Positions 56,806 to 64,000 of a DNA stretch of 64,000 nt are shown in pieces. The translations under genes were made by a program, and so were the position numbers. Every line of letters begins with the position of its first letter. Within the stretch, counting starts at the first letter, position 1. Origin of the DNA: an uncultured Planctomycetales bacterium (GTDB taxonomy: Bacteria > Planctomycetota > Phycisphaerae > UBA1845 > Fen-1342). A model generated the notes under the pieces. That model made no database searches. It had not been told where the DNA came from and saw only the letters and a program-made list of their open reading frames with translations. Location of the stretch: the NCBI GenBank assembly GCA_964401365.1, contig CAYNYG010000001.1:139254-203253 (forward strand), read 5' to 3'.

Positions 56806-58523
56806 GCCGGGGCTCGCGAAGTCGGCCCGGGCAACACCGGGGCAGCGAATGCCTCTACGCCCCCGCGGCCTGATACGGCGCACGCCGGTGTTTCGCGCTC
56901 GGTCGGGCGCCCGCCCGTCGAATCGGCGGCAAGGGCGCGGGACGCCCCCTCGGGCACGAATTCGCCCGACTCGCACAGCTCGGCGCGACCGGCGAACCAG
57001 GACCGCAGATCGGCCGGACTCACCGGCTCGCCGCCGACCCGCGTGATGCCCAGCACCTCGACCGCCGCGGCCAGGTAGGCGCCCAGCGCGGGGGATCGGC
57101 CCGTCGCCAGCGCCAGTCCGGCGGCCGCCAGCATCGCCTCCTCCACGCCGAGTGAATCGACCGGCCGCGGCGCGAAGGTCGGTACAAACTCGCTCAGCAG
57201 GCGCTCATGCCAGCCCCCTTCGCCGGCGTCGTCCGAACGCCGCGCAAAGCTCACGATCCCGCGCTTCGGCATCCACACCAGCAGCGCCTTGGCCCGGGCG
57301 CGGTCGAGCAGTGCCGAGGCCGCGACGGACAGCCCCGAGCCCAGGTCATTGAGCGCTTCGCGCAGGCGGCGCTCGCTGGCCAGCAACAGGTCGGCCCCCC
57401 GCAGCAGGTCGAACTGCCCGCGCTGGCCCGGGGCGTGCACGACGCACCCGATCCCGCGGCGCGCGGCATGCGCGTTCGCCACCCCGGCGACCCCCGGCGT
57501 GAGCATCCCATGGCCGTGGTCGCACCAGATCAGCAGGTCTGCATCCTCGATGCGCTCGGACAGGATGGCGTTGGCGCGGCGTTCGGACGCCGTGTCGAGC
57601 GGGGTGGCGCCGCCCTCGCAGGCGCGGAAGAGCTTGGCCTCGTCCGTGAGGTACGTCGTGCGCGTGACGAGTTCCTGCCGGGCGCGAAGCAGGTGGCCGC
57701 CGATGCCAAGATCGGCCAGCCGCTCGACCAGTTGCCGCGACGACTCGTCGGTCCCGACGGCCGAGAGCAGGAAAGGCCGTGCGCCGAGTGCGTGAAGCTG
57801 AAGCGCGACGGCGGCCGCGCCCCCCCAGTAGTGCAGGCTGCCGAACCGCCGAACCGAGAGCATGGGCGCGTCCGCGGCCAACTCCCCCGCGTCGCACAGC
57901 AGGTATCTCTCGCTCACGATGTCGCCCACGACCAGCACGCGCCGCTCGGCGAAGCCCTCCAGCGCCTGCTCCAGCGCGGCGCGCGACACCCCGTGCCGCC
58001 GGCAGAATGCGCCGCGGCGGTCGCGCTCCGTCTGCTCGTCGCGCGCCAGCGACTGCGCCAGCCGCGTCGAACTGAAGACCACCTCCCCGCTGCTGAAGAC
58101 CACCCGCCCGCCATTGCGCTCCACGATCTGGCGTTCGCGCAGAAACCGCGCGTCCGTGGACAGCGCGTACTCGCGGCCCTTGACGTAGACGTCGGGGCGG
58201 ACGCGCTCCAGCAGCTCGCAGGCGGTGGGGTTCGGGTCGATCACGACCCAGTCAACAAACTCCAGCGCGGCCAGGCTCTCGGCCCGCAGCTCCTGCGGAA
58301 TCCAGGGGCGGTCGTGGCCCTTGTCGATCAGGGCGTCACCGGTGACCGAGACGACCAGCACGTCGGCCAGCGTGCGCGCAAACTGGAGGTAGCGGATGTG
58401 GCCCGGGTGGACGATGTCGAAGCAGCCGTGGCACTGAACGACCGTTTGCCCCGCGGCGCGGACGCCCGCCAGCCGTTCGATCAGTGCCTCCACGCCGACG
58501 ATCTTGCGTTGAAACGGCTGCAT
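56802..58523 (-). CDS. Bifunctional heptose-phosphate kinase/nucleotidyltransferase-like protein (HldE/RfaE-like, domain order reversed)
   Basis: The N-terminal cytidylyltransferase-like domain (VVQCHGCFDIVHPGHIRYLQFARTLADVLVVSVTGD) precedes a PfkB/ribokinase-like kinase domain (RVLVVGDIVSERYLLCD...IWCDHGHGMLT...DLLLASERRL). A ~100-aa tail follows. Confidence 0.7.
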   Translation of the reverse strand: MQPFQRKIVGVEALIERLAGVRAAGQTVVQCHGCFDIVHPGHIRYLQFARTLADVLVVSVTGDALIDKGHDRPWIPQELRAESLAALEFVDWVVIDPNPTACELLERVRPDVYVKGREYALSTDARFLRERQIVERNGGRVVFSSGEVVFSSTRLAQSLARDEQTERDRRGAFCRRHGVSRAALEQALEGFAERRVLVVGDIVSERYLLCDAGELAADAPMLSVRRFGSLHYWGGAAAVALQLHALGARPFLLSAVGTDESSRQLVERLADLGIGGHLLRARQELVTRTTYLTDEAKLFRACEGGATPLDTASERRANAILSERIEDADLLIWCDHGHGMLTPGVAGVANAHAARRGIGCVVHAPGQRGQFDLLRGADLLLASERRLREALNDLGSGLSVAASALLDRARAKALLVWMPKRGIVSFARRSDDAGEGGWHERLLSEFVPTFAPRPVDSLGVEEAMLAAAGLALATGRSPALGAYLAAAVEVLGITRVGGEPVSPADLRSWFAGRAELCESGEFVPEGASRALAADSTGGRPTERETPACAVSGRGGVEAFAAPVLPGPTSRAPA

Positions 58524-58631
58524 CGCGAGGTCCGCGGCTGCGCAGATATTGCCGCCTGCGCGCCACGCGGCCCGCGGGCGGCGTGCGCTCTATCGGCAGG
58601 AGGAATGCAGGCGACGAAGTCCGGAGCGCGG

Positions 58632-59897
58632 CTACCAGTACGCAAGCAGGTCGGAGACAACCGACTGGAGGAAAAGGCCGTTGGCGCCGGGGGCGCCCGT
58701 TCCGGCCGTGTTGTCCGCGAGGACGGCGCCACCGTTGCCCCCGCTTCCGCCCGCGCCGCCTCCCCCGCCGCCGCCCATGCGGGTGATGGCAGCGACCGTG
58801 CGGAGCCCCAGCCCGCCCGGGCCGCCGGTGATGTCCACGGCAGCGGTCGGTTGCACGGTGATGCTGGGGGCAATCAGGTGGACGATGCCGCCGCCACCGC
58901 CTCCGCCCCCGGCGACCGCCAGCACCGGCACGGCATTGGCGCCGTCGCCGATGGTGATGGTCCCCACCGCGCCGCCCGCGCCGCCGCGGGCCGCGATGGC
59001 GCCCGCCAGCGTGACGGCCTGACCGGCGGCAAGGATCAACACGCCACCCGCACCGCCCCCGCCCCCGGCGCCGAGCGCGGGCCCGCCGTTGGCCGAGATC
59101 GTGCCGTTCACGGTGATCGCGCCGCGGGCAACGAGCGTGAGGGCTGCCCCGCCGTCACCGGCGCGGTCGCCGCCACCGCCTCCACCGCCCAGCAGCGGCG
59201 CGCGAAGACCGCGTGCCTGTAGCTCGGCCAGTCCCGCGCCCCCCGTTCCGGGCCGTGCGTCGCGCCCCGCGTCGTCGATCTCGCCGAAACCGGCCGGTCC
59301 CCGCGCTACGCCCGCGTCGGGCGTGCGAATCGCCGGGAACTGGAACAGGTCGGCGTTCTCGGCGTTGAAGTCCACGTCGCCGCCCAGCGCGCCGTTCATC
59401 GCCACCAACGCGCCGTCGATGACCACGTCGCCCGTGCAGCGGACGACCGTCCCGCTGGGGACGCGAAGCGTGGCGCCCGCCGGCACGATGAAGTTGCGAA
59501 AGTTGAGTACAAGCGGCGCAGCGCCCGCCGTGCTCCAGTCGGCGCCGCCGTCCAGCGTCAGGTCGCCGGAGGACGCGTCACCGAAGAGCCCGATCTGCCC
59601 GCCGCAGTCATCCGCGTTGAACACACCGTCCCGGTTACGGTCCTCCTCGAGGTCGTTGACGCCGTTGCCGTTCAGGTCCCAGCAGGGCGTGCCCGCCGCA
59701 CCCGGCGGTCCGGCGGGGCCCGCCTCGCCGTCCGCGCCGGGCGCTCCGGCCGGGCCGGCGGTCGGAGTCGTGTCGCGCGAGGCGCCCGAGCCGGGATCGC
59801 GGACGTCGATGGTGCATCCGGCCAGGAGCAGCGCGACGAGTGCCGCCGGCGCCAGGCGCGCGACGGCGCCCCGGGTGAACGTGTTGCACAGCAGCAT
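58632..59897 (-). CDS. Secreted Gly-rich protein with collagen-like G-X-Y repeats (hypothetical)
   Basis: Lipobox or signal LLAGCTIDV. GPAGAPGADGEAGPAGPPGAAGTP triplet repeats, then Gly-rich beta-helix-like repeats (GGGGGGGDRAGDGGAALTLVARGAITVNGTISANGG and others). The start is set at MLLCNTF. Confidence 0.55.
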   Translation of the reverse strand: MLLCNTFTRGAVARLAPAALVALLLAGCTIDVRDPGSGASRDTTPTAGPAGAPGADGEAGPAGPPGAAGTPCWDLNGNGVNDLEEDRNRDGVFNADDCGGQIGLFGDASSGDLTLDGGADWSTAGAAPLVLNFRNFIVPAGATLRVPSGTVVRCTGDVVIDGALVAMNGALGGDVDFNAENADLFQFPAIRTPDAGVARGPAGFGEIDDAGRDARPGTGGAGLAELQARGLRAPLLGGGGGGGDRAGDGGAALTLVARGAITVNGTISANGGPALGAGGGGGAGGVLILAAGQAVTLAGAIAARGGAGGAVGTITIGDGANAVPVLAVAGGGGGGGGIVHLIAPSITVQPTAAVDITGGPGGLGLRTVAAITRMGGGGGGGAGGSGGNGGAVLADNTAGTGAPGANGLFLQSVVSDLLAYW

Positions 59898-60117
59898 GGT
59901 CTCAACCTCCGCGTTGGGCGACGGGTGGCCGCCGGGCACGCGCGGCGACGGCGCGCCGCGGCGACGCGACCTCGCATGGCAGCGTGTCGCGGCTGCGCCG
60001 GGTTGTCAATGCCGCGATGGGAAGGGAAGCTACCTTCACCCGTAGCGGACGGGCGGCAGCCGGGAGCACCGGCGGATCTTCGGCAACCGCCCCAGACGGT
60101 CGCCGATCGAGTCGCAA

Positions 60118-60741
60118 ATGTCGGCCGACGAGCAGGCGCAGGTGCAACGGGCCATCGCGGGTGACGCGGACGCGCTGGCGGCGCTGCTGGAGCACGCCGC
60201 GGCGGTCGTCCGGCCCACAATCGAGCGCGCCATCCCACGCCGTCTGCGATCGCTCCTGTCGGCCGACGACGTGTTGCAGCAGACCTTCACCGACGCATTC
60301 CTGTCGATCCGCTCCTTCGCACCCGTGGGCAACGGCGCCTTCACGGCCTGGGTGACGGCGATCGCGCGGCGCAACGTGATTGACGCCGTGCGCTACCTGG
60401 ACGCCGAGCGCCGCGGCGGGCGCGCCGAGACCGTGCCGCTCGGCCAGTCCCGCGCGTCGTGGCCGTCGCAAGCACTGCGGCTGGCACGCGGCAATACGTC
60501 GCCCGCGGGCGGCGCACGCCGCAACGAGGCGGCCCAGGCCCTGCGATCGGCCGTGGCGCGGCTCCCGGCGGATTACCAGACCGTCATCCGCATGTATGAC
60601 CTGGAAGGGCGCGCCATGGCCGACGTGGCGTCGGCGATCGGCCGAACGCGCGGCGCCGCGTACCTGATCCGCCAGCGCGGGCTGGCGCGGCTCGAGCAGT
60701 TGCTCGGCCCCAGCGGGGATTTTTTTTCGACCGGAGCGTAA
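60118..60741 (+). CDS. ECF-family RNA polymerase sigma factor
   Basis: Region 2 (LQQTFTDAFLSIRSFAPVGNGAFTAWVTAIARRNVIDAVR) and region 4 (DYQTVIRMYDLEGRAMADVASAIGRTRGAAYLIRQRGLARL). Confidence 0.8.
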   Translation: MSADEQAQVQRAIAGDADALAALLEHAAAVVRPTIERAIPRRLRSLLSADDVLQQTFTDAFLSIRSFAPVGNGAFTAWVTAIARRNVIDAVRYLDAERRGGRAETVPLGQSRASWPSQALRLARGNTSPAGGARRNEAAQALRSAVARLPADYQTVIRMYDLEGRAMADVASAIGRTRGAAYLIRQRGLARLEQLLGPSGDFFSTGA

Positions 60742-60771
60742 ATCCGCCGTAGCCGGGCCGCTTCTCCAAGT

Positions 60772-62784
60772 GTGGCGCCGCGTGAGGCGCCCCCGGGACT
60801 GGAGAGCCGCGTGCGCAACCCCGATCGCAACCTGATCCTCTCCGCGGCGCGCGAGGCCGCGGCCTTGCGCGAGGCCCTCGCGGACACGACCGCCGGGGCG
60901 GGTGCCGCGGCCGGTCGCGACCCCGGCAGCTCGGCTGGCGTCGACCCGCAACCGGGCGTCACAGCCGCGCCCGCGCTGGACGGGCTGAGCGGCTACCGGA
61001 TCACGCGCGAGCTGCACCGCGGGGGACAGGGCGTGGTCTACCACGCCATCCACGAGAACACGCGCCGCGAGGTCGCCATCAAGGTGATGCGGCACGGGCC
61101 GTTCGCGGCGCCCGCGGAGCGGGCGCGGTTCGAACGCGAAGTGCGCATCCTGGGGCAGCTCAACCATCCCAGCATCGTCGCGGTCCGAGACGCGGGGGTC
61201 GTCTCGGGGTGCGACTACTTCGTCATGGACTACGTAGCGGGGCGGTCGCTGGACGCCTGCGGGGGCGCGCAGCGCCCCATGCGCGAGACGCTGGAGCTGT
61301 TCGCCCGCGTGTGCGACGCCGTCCACGCGGCCCACGTGCGCGGCATCATCCACCGCGACCTGAAACCGGCCAACATTCGCGTCGACGCGTCGGGGTGGCC
61401 GCACGTGCTGGACTTCGGTCTGGCCAAGACGCTGTGGAGCGCGCCGGAGGCGGGCGGGCTGCGAACGATGACCGGCGACTTCGTCGGCAGCCTGCCCTGG
61501 GCGTCGCCGGAGCAGGCCGCCGGCGACCCGTCGCAGGTGGACGTTCGCGCCGACGTCTACGCGCTGGGCGTGATCCTCTACCAGATGCTGACCGGGACGT
61601 TCCCGTATGCGGTGGTCGGCAACCTGCGCGACGTCGTCGAGCACATCACCTCCACAACGCCCACGCCCCCGCGGCAGATTCGACGCGAAATCGGCGACGA
61701 GGTCGAGACCATCGTCCTCAAGGCGCTGGCCAAGGACCGCGAGCGGCGCTACCAGACGGCGGGGGAGCTGGGGCGGGACATCCGGCGGCACCTGGCGGGC
61801 GAACCCGTCGAAGCGAAGCGCGACAGCGCGATCTACCTCCTGGGGAAACTCATGCAACGATATCGCGTGGCCGCTACCCTGGCCGTGGCTTTCCTGCTGG
61901 CAGGCGTCGCAATGGGCGCCGCCATGACCGTGATGTACCAGCGGGCGGTGCGCGAGGCCGATCACGCCCGACAACTGGCGCTGGTCGCCGCCCAGGCCGA
62001 GGCCCGCGCCCAGCAGGAAACCGCTCGGATTCGCGCCAACCTGGAAGTCGCTGAAGACGTCCAGGACGTCCCGGCCGAGGAGCGGCACGCCGGCGACGAC
62101 GACCACAAGCGGTACTTCCTGATCGGGCCGCGGGCCGGGGCGTCACCACCGCCGGCCGGTTATCGCCTGCTGCTGATCCTGCCGGGCGGAGACGGCAGCG
62201 CCGACTTCCATAGCTTCGCGCGGCGCATCTTCAAGCAGGGCCTTCCGGACGGCTACCTCGCCGCCCAGCTCGTCGCACCCCAGTGGTCCAAGGCGCAGTT
62301 CGAGCAGGTGGTGTGGCCCACGCGCACCAACCCGTGGCCCCAAATGAAGTTCTCGACCGAGGAGTTCATCGAGTCCGTCGTCGAGGACGTGGCCCGGCAA
62401 CACAAGCTCGACCGGAGCTGCGTGCTGGCGATGGGGTGGTCGTCCGGCGGTCCGCCGTGCTACGCGACCGCCTTGAGCGACAAGACGCCCGTGACGGGCG
62501 TGTTCGCGGCGATGTCCATCTTCACTCCCGGACGGTTCCCGCCGCTGGCCAACGCCAGGGGGCGCTCCTTCGCGATCCTGCACTCGCCGGACGACACCGT
62601 GGTCCCGCCCGAGCACGCCCAGCGCGCGCTGGACCAGCTCCGCCGGCACGGTGCCGCGGTGAAATACATCGACGCGCCCGGCGGGCATGGCTGGCGCGGC
62701 AACGTCTACGGCAACATCCGCGCCGCGATCGAGTGGCTCGAGGGCCGCGACGGCGCGGGCACCACGCAGGCTTCGACGCCATGA
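60772..62784 (+). CDS. Hanks-type Ser/Thr protein kinase with TM segment and C-terminal alpha/beta-hydrolase (esterase-like) domain
   Basis: LHRGGQGVVYHA...AIKVM, HRDLKPANI, DFGLAK, SPEQ and DVYALGVILYQMLTG are kinase motifs. A TM helix (VAATLAVAFLLAGVAMGAAMTVMY) follows, then a hydrolase domain (LLLILPGGDGSADFHSF...AMGWSSGG nucleophile elbow...ILHSPDDTVVPPEHA...GGHGW). The start (GTG 60772 or later) is uncertain. Confidence 0.8.
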   Translation: MAPREAPPGLESRVRNPDRNLILSAAREAAALREALADTTAGAGAAAGRDPGSSAGVDPQPGVTAAPALDGLSGYRITRELHRGGQGVVYHAIHENTRREVAIKVMRHGPFAAPAERARFEREVRILGQLNHPSIVAVRDAGVVSGCDYFVMDYVAGRSLDACGGAQRPMRETLELFARVCDAVHAAHVRGIIHRDLKPANIRVDASGWPHVLDFGLAKTLWSAPEAGGLRTMTGDFVGSLPWASPEQAAGDPSQVDVRADVYALGVILYQMLTGTFPYAVVGNLRDVVEHITSTTPTPPRQIRREIGDEVETIVLKALAKDRERRYQTAGELGRDIRRHLAGEPVEAKRDSAIYLLGKLMQRYRVAATLAVAFLLAGVAMGAAMTVMYQRAVREADHARQLALVAAQAEARAQQETARIRANLEVAEDVQDVPAEERHAGDDDHKRYFLIGPRAGASPPPAGYRLLLILPGGDGSADFHSFARRIFKQGLPDGYLAAQLVAPQWSKAQFEQVVWPTRTNPWPQMKFSTEEFIESVVEDVARQHKLDRSCVLAMGWSSGGPPCYATALSDKTPVTGVFAAMSIFTPGRFPPLANARGRSFAILHSPDDTVVPPEHAQRALDQLRRHGAAVKYIDAPGGHGWRGNVYGNIRAAIEWLEGRDGAGTTQASTP

Positions 62785-62863
62785 AATTCGCGTGAGACCA
62801 CGTGTGCAGGCGGGCGCGCGGCAATTCCGCCACGCGGCACGCCGCTGAGAAGGAGATGAGAAG

Positions 62864-63565
62864 ATGCAGCAGAGTGCGATGCGAATCACCTGGGCCTTGC
62901 TTGCGTGCAGTTCATTCCCGCTCGGCGTCGCCGCACAGGACGCGGGCCGGCGGACGGAGGCAAAGAAGGCCGCCGTAGCGAAGACGCCGGCCGACGACGC
63001 CCGCCTCCCTCGGACGGACGGCGCGCGTCCGTTCGCGCTGGCCAACCCCGGCTTCGAGGAAGGCGAGGCGGCCGTGAGCGCGTGGATGCGCGGCGCGGCA
63101 CTCGATGGCGTCGAATACAAGTGGGACAAGGCGGCCGGGCACAAGAGCAAGGCCAGCGTCTGCATCCGCAAGACGGCGCAGAAGTTCTTCCCCGTCGCCC
63201 AGTGGCACCAGTCGGTCGCGCACGACGGCAAGAGCCGCCGGCTGCGCGTCTCGGCCATGGTCAAGGCCGACAAGGTGCGGAAGGCGATCATCGACGTCCA
63301 GTACACCGACGCGTCCGGCGAGACGACCGGCCACCAGTGGGCGGCCTACATCGGCGCGAAAGAGGCCGCCGACCCGCCCGTCAGTCACGCGTGGAAGGAA
63401 TACAGCGGCGTGGTCGCCGTACCCGAAGGGGCCAGGTCGGTCGTGATCGCGCTCCAGGCCTACGGCCCCGGCAACGTGTGGTTCGACGACGTGACCGCGG
63501 AGTACGTGGCGGACGAGACGCCTCCGACTTTGTACGACGAGGCGGGCAACCCGAAGAGCAGGTAG
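62864..63565 (+). CDS. Secreted hypothetical protein (beta-sandwich/CBM-like?)
   Basis: Strong RBS GAAGGAGATGAGAAG-ATG. Signal peptide MQQSAMRITWALLACSSFPLGVAAQ. I recognise no family. Confidence 0.6.
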   Translation: MQQSAMRITWALLACSSFPLGVAAQDAGRRTEAKKAAVAKTPADDARLPRTDGARPFALANPGFEEGEAAVSAWMRGAALDGVEYKWDKAAGHKSKASVCIRKTAQKFFPVAQWHQSVAHDGKSRRLRVSAMVKADKVRKAIIDVQYTDASGETTGHQWAAYIGAKEAADPPVSHAWKEYSGVVAVPEGARSVVIALQAYGPGNVWFDDVTAEYVADETPPTLYDEAGNPKSR

Positions 63566-64000
63566 CGACGGCAACAGGAAGCCAGCCACCGACCGGCCGG
63601 GAGAGCACTGCGTACGAAGCGCACACTTCGGCGCTTCGTGCTCAGGTTCCCGGCCGCGACCGTACGTACCGCTCGCGGGAGCGAAGGTTCTCCGGAAGGA
63701 CCCCGGCTACTGGCTCAGGTACTCCACCACGTCCTGCCAGCACCGGGCGGCTTCACCTTCGAGCGGCGCGGCGAAGTCGGCGACGTATCCGATGAACGCG
63801 GCCAGGTGCTTGCGGACGATGGAATGAAATACGCCGCCAAGCTCAGGCTTCAACCCGACGGGAGCTTGAAGCTGAGCTACAAACCCGGCAGATTCGTGAC
63901 CGAGTAGATGAACCCGCACTCAGGTCCAGTGGGTTCGCACCCACTTGGCCTGAGGCGAGTATTCATAACAGTATGGTTGTTGTCGTCCGTCGCGTGGCTA

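Noticed and set aside
1-64000. CRISPR arrays, integrases, transposases and prophage modules
   Set aside because: I found no direct-repeat/spacer arrays, no recombinase or transposase-like ORFs, and no phage structural genes. The tmRNA and tRNA flanks show no obvious att duplications. I cannot run a systematic repeat search by eye, so short repeats could be missed.

Overview
This window is about 70% GC and densely coding, and it looks like bacterial chromosome. Several gene families here are common in Planctomycetota-like genomes: DUF1570, DUF1579, ECF sigma factors paired with Ser/Thr kinases, a sulfatase-like gene and a TMTC-like membrane protein with TPR repeats. Because of the high GC, all six frames contain long spurious ORFs. 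I picked genes by recognisable protein similarity, start-codon context and gene packing.

Most of the window is housekeeping. It includes the tpiA-secG pair, korAB, rmuC, the etfB/etfA-gmk-rpoZ-coaC-coaB run, aroG-like, tkt, arcC, folE, aqpZ, the rpsF-ssb-rpsR-rplI-dnaB operon and the pth-ctc-prs-glmU-like cluster. I found three RNA genes: tmRNA (ssrA) at about 33063..33416 on the minus strand, tRNA-Thr(CGU) at 41173..41244 on the plus strand, and tRNA-Gln(UUG) at 50802..50873 on the minus strand. I saw no CRISPR array, no integrase and no prophage.

The most unusual loci are:
- One ABC ATPase with a zinc-ribbon tail followed by four tandem FtsX-family permeases that form two duplicated pairs (35448..41029).
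- A CxC-motif permease fused to an SPFH/HflC-like domain, ending next to ssrA (31001..33001).
- A sulfatase-fold enzyme with an apparent Thr in place of the formylglycine Cys, fused to a C-terminal polytopic membrane domain and overlapping a downstream zinc-ribbon membrane protein (2571..5362).
- An ECF sigma factor followed by a Ser/Thr kinase that carries a TM segment and an alpha/beta-hydrolase domain (60118..62784).
- A glycan module made of a GT2 with a long extension, a reversed-order HldE-like enzyme and a collagen-like Gly-rich secreted protein (55117..59897).
- An apparently frameshifted membrane-protein gene (1870..2444) and a partial double-FHA coiled-coil protein at the window start.

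All coordinates, especially starts, come from reading the sequence by eye and may be off by a few bases.
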